A stretch of 44,521 nt of DNA from an uncultured Ardenticatenaceae bacterium (lineage in GTDB: Bacteria > Chloroflexota > Anaerolineae > Promineifilales > Promineifilaceae): contig CAYSMQ010000002.1 of NCBI GenBank assembly GCA_964432035.1, positions 2,921 through 47,441 of the forward strand, given 5' to 3'. A program made the position numbers and the translations under genes. The notes under the pieces were generated by a model that saw nothing but the letters and a program-made list of their open reading frames with translations, ran no database searches and had not been told where the DNA came from. Below are positions 10,159 to 18,566 of this stretch, one piece after another (within the stretch, counting starts at the first letter, position 1; each line of letters opens with the position of its first letter).

Positions 10159-10977
10159 ATGTTCACTCTCTTTCTCGTCGGCACCCCCATCGGCAATCTT
10201 GAGGACATCACACTACGCGCCCTGCGCGTTTTGCGCGAGGCGAGCTTAATTGCTGCCGAAGACACGCGCACGACGGGGCGCTTGCTGAAGCACTACGAAA
10301 TCGAGACGCCGTTGGTTAGCTTCCACGAGTACAGTGGGGAGGGGCGGGTGGCAGAGCTTGTGCAACAGCTGCAACAAGGCGACGTGGCGCTCGTGTCGGA
10401 CGCGGGCATGCCCGGGTTGTCTGATCCGGGTTACCGGCTGGTGCAGGCGGCGCTGGAGGCGGGCGTTCGCGTTAGTCCCATTCCCGGCCCATCGGCGGTG
10501 GTCGCGGCGCTGGTTAGCAGCGGATTGCCCACTGATAGCTTTCTTTTTCTGGGCTTCTTGCCGAGACAGCAAAAGGCGCGGCGCGAGGCGCTGGAGCGTG
10601 TGGCGGAAGAAACGATGTCGCTCGTCGCCTTCGAGGCGCCGCACCGGCTACTGGATTTGCTCCAGGACGTCGTCGCCGTGTTGGGCGACCGGCAGGTCGT
10701 GGTAGCCCGCGAGCTGACCAAGCTGTACGAAGAGATCTGGCGTAGCTCCGCCGGCGAGGCGCTGGCGCATTTCAGAGAGAGTGACGTGCGCGGGGAGATT
10801 ACTGTCGTGATTGCAGGAGCGTCACCGGCGGATCTGGTGTGGGACGAAGCCGCCGTACGCCAGGCCATGGACGAACAGCTAGCCCAGGGCGTGCGGCGTA
10901 AAGAGGCCGCGGCGTTGGTGGCGGACCGTGCAGGCTGGCGCCCGCGGGACGTCTACGATCTGTCAATTGGCAAGTAG
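10159..10977 (+). CDS. rsmI: 16S rRNA (cytidine1402-2'-O)-methyltransferase
   Basis: N-terminus LFLVGTPIGNLEDITLRALRVL, then AEDTR, FHEY and SDAGMPGLSDPG, the tetrapyrrole-methylase-fold RsmI signatures. Confidence 0.9.
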   Translation: MFTLFLVGTPIGNLEDITLRALRVLREASLIAAEDTRTTGRLLKHYEIETPLVSFHEYSGEGRVAELVQQLQQGDVALVSDAGMPGLSDPGYRLVQAALEAGVRVSPIPGPSAVVAALVSSGLPTDSFLFLGFLPRQQKARREALERVAEETMSLVAFEAPHRLLDLLQDVVAVLGDRQVVVARELTKLYEEIWRSSAGEALAHFRESDVRGEITVVIAGASPADLVWDEAAVRQAMDEQLAQGVRRKEAAALVADRAGWRPRDVYDLSIGK

Positions 10978-11122
10978 ATCCCATTACTCCATCGTATAGC
11001 CAAAGAATTCACTCTGGTAAGGCACAATTCATATCTTTTGTTAGGTGACATCCGCCCGCAGCGGGAGCTAAACTATTTCCAGACAAGTTGTGGTGATTCA
11101 AGACCACTGTTGGAGATAGAAA

Positions 11123-12034
11123 ATGACCGCTATTGAAAGCCTGGAAAAAATACAAGACGTTGCAGTGGCGCCCGCCAATACCGTCGTACTCGACGGTGTG
11201 ACGTTGCATTACACGGAGGCGCCAGGGCCAGAGGACGGCCCAAAACTGGTGATATTGCACGGGCTTTCAGGTTCCCACGCCGAGATCCTGCACCTGGTGC
11301 CAGAGCTCATGAAGATGGCGCATGTTTACTTTGTTGATATGCGCGGCCACGGACTGACGGGGAAGGTCGGTGGCGGCTATCACGTCGCCGACTACGCGCG
11401 GGACGTCAGTTTATTCTTAGAGCGCGTGGTGGGGCAGCCGGCAATTGTACTTGGCCACTCGCTGGGTGGTCTGGTTGCCGCCTGGCTGGGCGCTTTCGAT
11501 CATTCGCACATTGACGCGCTCATCCTCGCCGACCCGGCATTCTACGTCCTCCAGTCTGCCCGCTTTACAGAGTCATTCTTCTATCCTTATTTCGTGAGTC
11601 TGCGACAGTTCTTGCTGCAGTACCACGCTGAAGGGGCTGAGTTTCAGCAGCTGGTGCAATATGTGGGTCAGAGGCCGGTTGGCGCCAAACGGACCGTGCT
11701 TGACGTCGCGGGAATCGAGGCGGTCCGCGAGCGGGCGTTGCAGCTTCATCAGCTCGATCCGGCGACGCTTGATCCGGTGTTAGATGGCGCCCTTTTGGAT
11801 GGACTGGAACCAGACGACTTACTCAACAAGCTACGTCAACCGGTGCACCTTCTGGCGGCGACGTATCATCTCGGCGGCGCCGTGAGCGTCTCTGACGCCG
11901 AGCGCACTGTTTCGCAAATACCGCAGTGTAGCTATGCCATCATCGACGGCGCCGGCCACGATATTCACCTGGATCAACCTGAGGCGTTCGTAGAGGAAGT
12001 GCGTAACTTCCTGGCGACGCTTAGGAGCGAGTGA
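11123..12034 (+). CDS. Alpha/beta-fold hydrolase
   Basis: HGLSGS oxyanion region, nucleophile elbow GHSLGG, and C-terminal GAGHDIHLDQPE (catalytic His). The SD TGGAGAT lies 7 nt upstream of the ATG. Confidence 0.8.
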   Translation: MTAIESLEKIQDVAVAPANTVVLDGVTLHYTEAPGPEDGPKLVILHGLSGSHAEILHLVPELMKMAHVYFVDMRGHGLTGKVGGGYHVADYARDVSLFLERVVGQPAIVLGHSLGGLVAAWLGAFDHSHIDALILADPAFYVLQSARFTESFFYPYFVSLRQFLLQYHAEGAEFQQLVQYVGQRPVGAKRTVLDVAGIEAVRERALQLHQLDPATLDPVLDGALLDGLEPDDLLNKLRQPVHLLAATYHLGGAVSVSDAERTVSQIPQCSYAIIDGAGHDIHLDQPEAFVEEVRNFLATLRSE

Positions 12035-12035
12035 C

Positions 12036-12920
12036 ATGTATAAGCCGGTTTCTACCAGAAATGACGTACAAAACACGCCGCTTAGCTGGTGGGCGCGCCT
12101 GATTTATCTTTTTGTCGCGGTGAACGCGCTCGCGGGCGCCGTCATCCTGATGTTCTTGCCCGAACAGACGGGTGCGCTCTTCTTCTGGCCTGTGAATCCT
12201 GCCATCAATGCCGGTCTGTTTGGCGCGCTCTATTTGGGCGGTGCAGCAGTCGTGTTCTGGGCCGCCGCTCGTAACCTTTGGGAGCCGTCTCGCTTCCTGG
12301 TTCCCATTTTGGTGACGGCGGGAGTGGGCATTAGCGCCGTTACGCTGTTGCACTTAGACAGTTTTGCAGGCGGCATGCGCCTCATCTATTGGCTGGTTGT
12401 CTACATAGGCGCACCGTTGCTTGCGTTGCTGGTTTACGCGTATCAGGAGCGAAAAGGAGCAAGCTGGCAAGCGGCGACGCCGGTAAGGCCGCTTGCACGA
12501 TGGATCGCCACCTTGACCGGCGCAGTCGTAGCCATCGCCGGGGTGTTCCTCACACTGTCACCGCAGGCGGTAATTCCTTACTGGCCGTGGCAAACGTCAC
12601 CCCTAATGGTGCGGATTTTCGCGGCGTGGTTTGTGGCCTTTGGCGCCGGATTGTTATGGTTCAATGTTGAGCGTGATTGGCAGCGGCTGAAACAGATTCC
12701 TAACTTGATGATTGCGGCTTCCGCGCTCGATCTCTTGATGGTCTTTTTGTATCGAGACCAGATCGCCCGGATCGATTTTACGCTATGGATTTACTGCGCA
12801 CACCTCGTCATGTTCGGCGTGGCTGCGCTGGCTATGCACGTCATCCAGTATCGAGCGTCTGGTACTTATGAGGCGTCTAGGGTGACGGCGTCGGCACTGC
12901 CCAATCATTCCCTAAAATGA
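12036..12920 (+). CDS. Polytopic membrane protein (hypothetical), coupled to the hydrolase gene
   Basis: ATG lies 1 nt after the hydrolase TGA. Multiple hydrophobic helices rich in Trp and Ala. No family recognised. Confidence 0.55.
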   Translation: MYKPVSTRNDVQNTPLSWWARLIYLFVAVNALAGAVILMFLPEQTGALFFWPVNPAINAGLFGALYLGGAAVVFWAAARNLWEPSRFLVPILVTAGVGISAVTLLHLDSFAGGMRLIYWLVVYIGAPLLALLVYAYQERKGASWQAATPVRPLARWIATLTGAVVAIAGVFLTLSPQAVIPYWPWQTSPLMVRIFAAWFVAFGAGLLWFNVERDWQRLKQIPNLMIAASALDLLMVFLYRDQIARIDFTLWIYCAHLVMFGVAALAMHVIQYRASGTYEASRVTASALPNHSLK

Positions 12921-14325
12921 CCAGCACATCGTGATCGGCCGCCGAGCGGCTGCTGTAGCTAATGTTGAGCGGAGGAATGCCCATCACCTGCGCCAGGTAG
13001 CGCGTGGTGTTAGAGTGCGAGCCAAAATCGAGGATTTGTGTTGTGGGATAGGTGGATGAGTCGGCGTTGCCAACGCCCACGACGTTAAAGCCGTGCCCTT
13101 GCAGATATGTCTCGGTATCGCCCGCAAGGCCAAATATAGAGGTGCCGTTGTGGACCATGATACGCGCGTTCTCCTCGCGCATCATTTGCGGTAAATCCTC
13201 GATGACGGGTGTTGGAATGGCGGGTGGCGCAAAGAGCTGGTCGCGCAGGGTACGGATGCTTTCGCGATCGGGGACCAAAACCTGCTGTCCGTCAAGCGTC
13301 GTCTCGTTGTATACGTAGTCGAAATCAATGACTTCCGTGCGAATGTTCTCTCGCGGAATGTCCTGCGCCAGCAGGCCCAGCTGCAGCGTCTCTTCCAGTG
13401 TCAGATTGGTCTCTACGTTGCGCTGGAACGACTGCCATAGCTGAGGCGCCTGAACGATGAGGCGCGGCACCATGTCCAATCGTAACACTTTGTCGCGGGC
13501 GGCAAGGACGACCTCTTGTTGGCGCCCGGCGCGGTCGACGTCTCCCCCGGCAGTGGCGCGGGTGCGCGCGTATTTCAGCGCCTGTTCGCCACTCAGCTCG
13601 TGCTCTCCCGCGTTGAGATAAAAGGGATCGTATCCGTAGCAGTTGTCGGGGTAGTCAGGATCTTCAATGTCTTGAGCAACGTCAATAGTGATGCCGCCGA
13701 TGAGATCGACAAAATCGACGACGCCCTGGAAATTTACGGCGGCGTAATAGTCAATAGGCACGCCTAGAGCCGCCTCCACGGTCTCTACCGCCAGCGCTGC
13801 GCCTCCGCCCGGATAGTCGTAGGCTTCACCCAAGAAATAGGCCTGGTTGATCTTGTTCGCGCCGAAACCGGGTATTTCTATCCAGAGGTCACGCGGCAAT
13901 GATAGCGCCGCTGCCGAAAGACCGACCGGGTCCATTGTCAGCACCATCATGCTATCTGTGTGCGTGGGACCTTCTTCGTCACAGCGCAAGTCGATGCCCA
14001 TCACCAGAACCGAGACGCGCTCTTTCCCTTGCCATGGCTGCAACGATTCTACCGACAGGCCACCCGGATTACCGTCGTCCGGACCTGTCGATGTGACAAG
14101 TGGGTCGTCCAGGTTCCAAATATTGTCGGTACTGTCCTGTTCGCCGGAGGCCTCGAAGGCGGCTGGCGCCGTTTCCATAGAGGCGGTGATGTCGCGTACC
14201 GTATTAAATAGCCAGATGGTGCTGGCGATGATGACTACGGCAATTAAGACGGCAAGTAGGGCTACACCCCACAGAGGCAAACGGATTGATGGGGATTTGC
14301 GTTGCTGTTTGATATCTTTAGTCAT
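12877..14325 (-). CDS. LCP-family (LytR-CpsA-Psr) cell-envelope phosphotransferase with a LytR_C-like C-terminal domain
   Basis: N-terminal TM anchor, then VLVMGIDLR...THTDSMMVLTMDP...LSLPRDLW...KINQAY and YARTRA motifs typical of LCP proteins. Confidence 0.85.
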   Translation of the reverse strand: MTKDIKQQRKSPSIRLPLWGVALLAVLIAVVIIASTIWLFNTVRDITASMETAPAAFEASGEQDSTDNIWNLDDPLVTSTGPDDGNPGGLSVESLQPWQGKERVSVLVMGIDLRCDEEGPTHTDSMMVLTMDPVGLSAAALSLPRDLWIEIPGFGANKINQAYFLGEAYDYPGGGAALAVETVEAALGVPIDYYAAVNFQGVVDFVDLIGGITIDVAQDIEDPDYPDNCYGYDPFYLNAGEHELSGEQALKYARTRATAGGDVDRAGRQQEVVLAARDKVLRLDMVPRLIVQAPQLWQSFQRNVETNLTLEETLQLGLLAQDIPRENIRTEVIDFDYVYNETTLDGQQVLVPDRESIRTLRDQLFAPPAIPTPVIEDLPQMMREENARIMVHNGTSIFGLAGDTETYLQGHGFNVVGVGNADSSTYPTTQILDFGSHSNTTRYLAQVMGIPPLNISYSSRSAADHDVLVILGNDWAVPTPSP

Positions 14326-14357
14326 TAATTCGTCGGTTTGCTCCTCAGAATAGGTGC

Positions 14358-14385
14358 ATTATAGCATGAGGAGATACCGGTGCAA
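14358..14385 (-). promoter_or_regulatory. Candidate promoter of the LCP gene
   Basis: On the minus strand: TTGCAC, 16-bp spacer, TATAAT, followed by an AGGAG RBS and ATG 14325. Divergent from the thrS promoter. Confidence 0.45.
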
Positions 14386-14434
14386 TGAGGGGTGCGCTGT
14401 GGCGTTGGCAACATTGATCGCTCGTGAATTCTCC

Positions 14435-14462
14435 TTGACACACCTGGTGCAAGCTCTATAAT
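14435..14462 (+). promoter_or_regulatory. Sigma70-type promoter of the thrS leader
   Basis: Consensus TTGACA (14435-14440), 16-bp spacer, consensus TATAAT (14457-14462). Confidence 0.6.
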
Positions 14463-14469
14463 CTAATCA

Positions 14470-14750
14470 AATAAGAAATCGAACACGTTGATCGGGACGA
14501 GTAACTACTGTGCCCGCCCCAGAGAGCGAAGGTCGATGGGCTGAGAGCCTTCGCGGCGAAGATAGCGGTGAAAACCCCCCGAGAGTGATTCTCTGAACGG
14601 TGCGCTGCACAGGCGCTCCTATTACGAGAATCCGGTACGCTCCGTTAACGGCGACAATGAGAATCGTTGCGTCTGCGTATGGTGTGACGGTTGAAATTGG
14701 GTGGAATCGCGATCGCCATCGCCCCGATGTGGGTGGTGGCGTTTTTTGTT
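14470..14750 (+). promoter_or_regulatory. T-box riboswitch leader, probably threonine-specific
   Basis: AGAGAG box at 14521. A candidate ACC specifier sits in GGTGAAAACCCC (about 14574-14576). T-box sequence AAATTGGGTGGAATCGCG (14694-14711) matches the consensus AAnnnGGGTGGnACCGCG. A terminator follows immediately, and the regulated gene is thrS. Confidence 0.8.
14715..14748 (+). terminator. T-box terminator hairpin
   Basis: GCCATCGCCC / GGGTGGTGGC form a 10-bp stem including G-U pairs, with loop CGATGT, followed by GTTTTTTGTT. The 5-prime arm lies a few nt after the T-box sequence, consistent with a competing antiterminator. Confidence 0.75.
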
Positions 14751-14760
14751 GGTAGTTAAT

Positions 14761-14837
14761 GATTGGAGATTGGTTGACTGGAGACTGGAGTTTGAGTTTG
14801 CGTGACGTTCAATCTCTAATCTCCAATCTCTAATCCC
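14761..14837. repeat. Heptamer-palindrome element, copy 2 (in the thrS 5-prime UTR)
   Basis: Forward arm GATTGGAGATTGGTTGACTGGAGACTGGAGTTTGAGTTTG, loop CGTGACGT, reverse arm TCAATCTCTAATCTCCAATCTCTAATCCC. It lies between the T-box terminator and the thrS SD. Confidence 0.85.
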
Positions 14838-14852
14838 TTGTGGAGAAGAATT

Positions 14853-16685
14853 ATGTCAGAGAACAACGGCAATGCGCCGTATGAAGAATCAGAACTTTAT
14901 CGCATACGCCATTCGGCGGCGCACGTGATGGCGGAGGCGGTGCTGGATCATTTTCCGGAAGCCAAACTGGCAATCGGGCCGCCGATTGAGGATGGCTTTT
15001 ACTATGACTTTGATCTGGGCCGCGACGATGAGGGCAAACCTATCACCTTTTCGCCGGAGGAGCTAGAAAAGATCGAGGCGCGCATGAAGGCGCTATTGAA
15101 GAAGAATGCGCGCTTTGAGCATGAGACAATGTCGGTCGATGAAGCGTTGGCGTTCTTTGAGGACCAACCCTACAAGGTGGAGCTGATCCAGGAGCTGGCG
15201 GCGGGGAAGGTGGACGACATGGGCCGGCCCATCTCCGAGCCTGTGGACGAGGTAAGCATCTACCGCCAGCGAGACTTCGTGGACCTGTGCCGTGGGCCAC
15301 ACGTGGGGTACACAAAGCAGGTTAAAGCCAACGCCGTAAAGCTTCTACGCACCAGCGGCGCGTACTGGCGCGGCGACGAGAACCGCCCGCAGTTACAGCG
15401 CATCTACGGCACGGCGTGGCACAACAAAGAAGAGCTGGAGGAGTACCTGCAGCGGTTAGAAGAAGCGCGCGAGCGCGACCACCGGCGACTAGGCAAACAG
15501 CTGGGCCTGTTCCACATTTCACCGCTGGTCGGTTCTGGTTTGCCCCTGTGGCTGCCAAAGGGAACTGTCCTACGCGAAACGCTGGAAGGCTTCCTGCGTC
15601 AGGCGCAGGTGGAACGGGGCTACTTGCCCGTGATTACGCCACATATCGGCAAGATAGAGCTCTACATGAAGAGTGGGCATTATCCGTACTATAAGGACAG
15701 CCAGTACGCGCCCATCGACGTCGACGGAGACCGCTTCTTGCTGCGGCCGATGAATTGCCCGCACCATATCGAGATCTACCGTAGCGAAGCGCGCAGCTAC
15801 CGTGATCTCCCTCTGCGTTTAGCCGAGTTTGGCACGGTGTATCGCTATGAACAGAGCGGCGAACTGTCTGGCCTGACCCGCGTGCGTGGCTTCACGGTCG
15901 ACGACTCCCACCTATTCGTGACGCCTGAGCAGTTGGAGGATGAGTTTATCCACGTCGTGGAGCTCATCCAGTACGTGTTTGAAGCGATGGGGTTCCAGGA
16001 TTTCCGCGCGCGACTGGGCACCAACGATCCTGAAAGCGATAAGTATGCCGGTACGCCCGACATGTGGGAGCAGGGCATTGCTGCTATTCGCAACGCCGCG
16101 GACCGTCTGGACCTGAACTACAGCGTGGAAGTGGGCGAGGCCGCATTTTACGGACCTAAGCTGGATTTCATTTTCCGCGATGTGCTCAAGCGCGAGTGGC
16201 AGCTGGGTACCGTCCAGGTTGACTTCTTGCTCCCAGAGCGCTTTGAGCTGGAGTATGTAGGCGCCGATGGCGAAAAACACCGTCCGGTCATGATCCATCG
16301 CGCGCCTTTTGGCAGCATGGAGCGCTTCGTTGGCATTTTGATTGAACACTTCAACGGCGCCTTCCCTCTGTGGCTGGCGCCCGTGCAGGCTGTCATGATT
16401 CCCATCACCGACCGTCACGTTGCGTACTGTCGCCAGGCGGCAGCGGAACTGCGCGCCGCAGGTATGCGCGTGGAAGTGGACGACAGCGGCAATCGCATGA
16501 GCGCCAAGATTCGCGAGGCGCAGATGCAAAAGATTCCTTACATGCTCGTCGTCGGCGACCGCGAAGTCGAAGGCAATGCCGTCTCCGTGCGCACGCGCGA
16601 AGAAGAGGATCGCGGTGCGATACCAGTGGAGGAGTTTAAGGAGAAGGCACTGGAGAGAATCCGAGGACGAAGCATGGAGTTGTGA
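14853..16685 (+). CDS. thrS: Threonine--tRNA ligase (copy 1), lacking the N-terminal TGS domain
   Basis: ATG 14853 with GGAG 7 nt upstream. Editing-domain motifs RHSAAH and DLCRGPH. Class II core motifs RPMNCPHH, YRYEQSGEL..RVRGFTVDDSH and MIHRAPFGSMERF. Anticodon-binding domain at the C-terminus. The protein begins about 14 aa before the HxxxH motif. Confidence 0.9.
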   Translation: MSENNGNAPYEESELYRIRHSAAHVMAEAVLDHFPEAKLAIGPPIEDGFYYDFDLGRDDEGKPITFSPEELEKIEARMKALLKKNARFEHETMSVDEALAFFEDQPYKVELIQELAAGKVDDMGRPISEPVDEVSIYRQRDFVDLCRGPHVGYTKQVKANAVKLLRTSGAYWRGDENRPQLQRIYGTAWHNKEELEEYLQRLEEARERDHRRLGKQLGLFHISPLVGSGLPLWLPKGTVLRETLEGFLRQAQVERGYLPVITPHIGKIELYMKSGHYPYYKDSQYAPIDVDGDRFLLRPMNCPHHIEIYRSEARSYRDLPLRLAEFGTVYRYEQSGELSGLTRVRGFTVDDSHLFVTPEQLEDEFIHVVELIQYVFEAMGFQDFRARLGTNDPESDKYAGTPDMWEQGIAAIRNAADRLDLNYSVEVGEAAFYGPKLDFIFRDVLKREWQLGTVQVDFLLPERFELEYVGADGEKHRPVMIHRAPFGSMERFVGILIEHFNGAFPLWLAPVQAVMIPITDRHVAYCRQAAAELRAAGMRVEVDDSGNRMSAKIREAQMQKIPYMLVVGDREVEGNAVSVRTREEEDRGAIPVEEFKEKALERIRGRSMEL

Positions 16686-16731
16686 GATTGGAGATTGGAG
16701 ACTGGAGATTAGAGATTGGAGATTAGTCTCC
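16686..16731. repeat. Heptamer-palindrome element, copy 3 (mostly forward units)
   Basis: Starts right after the thrS TGA: TGGAGAT TGGAGAC TGGAGAT TAGAGAT TGGAGAT TAGTCTCC. The last unit forms a small hairpin, GGAGA-ttag-TCTCC. Confidence 0.85.
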
Positions 16732-16766
16732 GGTCCCTAGTTCTCCAGTGTCCGCTGCTTAGACCT

Positions 16767-18566
16767 ATGGCACAAGACTACGATATTCCCTACGAACAAT
16801 CCCACCTCTACCGTCTGCGCCACACGGCGGCGCATGTGCTGGCGCAGGCGGTGTTGGACCTTTTCCCCGAGGCCAAACTGGGGATTGGGCCGCCAGTGGA
16901 CGACGGTTTCTACTATGACTTTGACCTTGGTCACGATGGGGAAGGGAACGCGCGCACCTTTTCTTATGATGATCTCTCGCGCTTGGAAGCCCGTATGCGC
17001 GAGATCATTTCTGGTGCTCACCCCTTGCAGTACCGGTCAATCGCGCCACAGGAAGCGCGCCAACTGTTCGCCGACCAGCCGTACAAGCTGGAGCTCATCG
17101 AGGAGCTAGTTCAAGAAGATGCGCCGTTGAGCACCTATCGCCAGGATAGCTTTGAAGACCTCTGCCGGGGACCGCACATAGAGCATACCGGCGAGATCGC
17201 GCCGGACGCCTTACAGCTAACGAGCATTGCCGCGGCATATTGGCGCGGAGACGAAGAGCAGCCCATGTTGCAGCGCATCTACGGCACGGTTTGGCCCAGC
17301 AGGCAGGAGCTGGAGGACTATTTGCAGCGCATGGAGGAAGCGCGCCAACGGGACCACCGCAAGCTGGGGCGCGAATTGGAGTTGTTCGTCTTCGACGAGG
17401 AAGTTGGCCCTGGTCTGCCGTTGTGGTTGCCGAACGGCGAAATCATTGTGGAGCAGCTGGAGAAGCTGGCTCACGAAATGGAAGATCGTGGAGGCTATCA
17501 GCGCGTGCGCACCCCGCATATTGCTAAAGAAGAACTCTATCTGCGTAGCCGCCACCTGCCTTACTACGCCGACGATATGTACCCACCCATGGAGCGCGGC
17601 GGAACTAGCTATTACGTACGCCCCATGAATTGTCCCTTCCACCATAAGATCTACGCCAGCAAAGGCCGCAGCTATCGCGACCTGCCGCTCCGGCTGGCAG
17701 AATACGGGATGGTCTACCGTTATGAGCAAAGCGGCGAACTGTTCGGCCTCTTGCGCGTGCGTGCGGCGCAGCAGAACGACGCGCACATCTACTGTTCAGA
17801 GAAACAGTTCGACGAAGAGTTTATGGCTGTGATTGACCTATACCGCACCTACTTTTCAATTTTCGGTATCGATCGCTACGTGTTACGTTTGAGCAAACAT
17901 AGCAAGGCGGGGCTGGGCAAGAAATACGTTGACGATGAGGCCGGCTGGCTGCACACGGAAGAGATGGTGCGCCGCGTGATGCGAAATGCCGGCGTCCCCT
18001 TTGTTGAAGCGGAAGACGAGGCTGCTTTTTACGGCCCCAAGATCGACGTGCAAGTGTGGAGCGCAATAGGGCGTGAGTTTAGTCTGGCGACAAACCAAGC
18101 TGACTTTGCCGCAGCACGGCGGTTCAATCTGACGTTTACCAATAGCGATGGAGAGGAGGAAGCGCCGCTGTGCATCCATCGCGCGCCGCTCGGGAGCCAC
18201 GAGCGCTTCATCGGTTTTCTCATCGAACATTACGCCGGCAACTTCCCGGTATGGCTCGCGCCAGAGCAGGCACGCATCATCCCCATCACCGACGCGCACC
18301 ATGCCTACGCCACGCAGCTGGAAGCTAGACTGCGCACGGCAGGCATCCGCGCCTCCGCCGACCTGAACTCCGACCGCATGCAGGCCAAAATCCGGCAAGC
18401 GCAATTGATGAAGGTGCCGTACATGTTGATCGTGGGCGACCGTGAGCTACGCGACGACACAATCTCCATACGCCGCCGCGATGGCAGGCGGGAGAATGGG
18501 GTGCATGTGGGGCAGTTTGTGGCGAGAGTGACGGAGGAAATTAATGAGAGGATGAGTTGGGATTAG
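16767..18566 (+). CDS. thrS: Threonine--tRNA ligase paralog (copy 2), also lacking the TGS domain
   Basis: ATG 16767 aligns with the copy-1 N-terminus (PYEQSHLYRLRHTAAH). Retains DLCRGPH, MNCPFHH, the H of NDAH and IHRAPLGSHERF, but differs in the motif-2 region (RVRAAQQNDAH versus RVRGFTVDDSH). By eye roughly half the residues are identical to copy 1. Confidence 0.85.
   Translation: MAQDYDIPYEQSHLYRLRHTAAHVLAQAVLDLFPEAKLGIGPPVDDGFYYDFDLGHDGEGNARTFSYDDLSRLEARMREIISGAHPLQYRSIAPQEARQLFADQPYKLELIEELVQEDAPLSTYRQDSFEDLCRGPHIEHTGEIAPDALQLTSIAAAYWRGDEEQPMLQRIYGTVWPSRQELEDYLQRMEEARQRDHRKLGRELELFVFDEEVGPGLPLWLPNGEIIVEQLEKLAHEMEDRGGYQRVRTPHIAKEELYLRSRHLPYYADDMYPPMERGGTSYYVRPMNCPFHHKIYASKGRSYRDLPLRLAEYGMVYRYEQSGELFGLLRVRAAQQNDAHIYCSEKQFDEEFMAVIDLYRTYFSIFGIDRYVLRLSKHSKAGLGKKYVDDEAGWLHTEEMVRRVMRNAGVPFVEAEDEAAFYGPKIDVQVWSAIGREFSLATNQADFAAARRFNLTFTNSDGEEEAPLCIHRAPLGSHERFIGFLIEHYAGNFPVWLAPEQARIIPITDAHHAYATQLEARLRTAGIRASADLNSDRMQAKIRQAQLMKVPYMLIVGDRELRDDTISIRRRDGRRENGVHVGQFVARVTEEINERMSWD

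Noticed and set aside
14838-14852. TTG-initiated N-terminal extensions of the two thrS ORFs (14838 and 16716 in the ORF track).
   Set aside because: The extensions would translate through the repeat elements. The internal ATGs (14853, 16767) align the two paralogs with each other, and 14853 has a well-spaced GGAG.
15912-17786. Long antisense ORFs inside the two thrS genes (15912..16529, 205 aa; 17217..17786, 189 aa).
   Set aside because: They lie entirely opposite well-supported conserved coding sequence. Their Arg/Ala/His-rich low-complexity composition is typical of spurious ORFs in high-GC DNA, and they carry no recognisable motifs.
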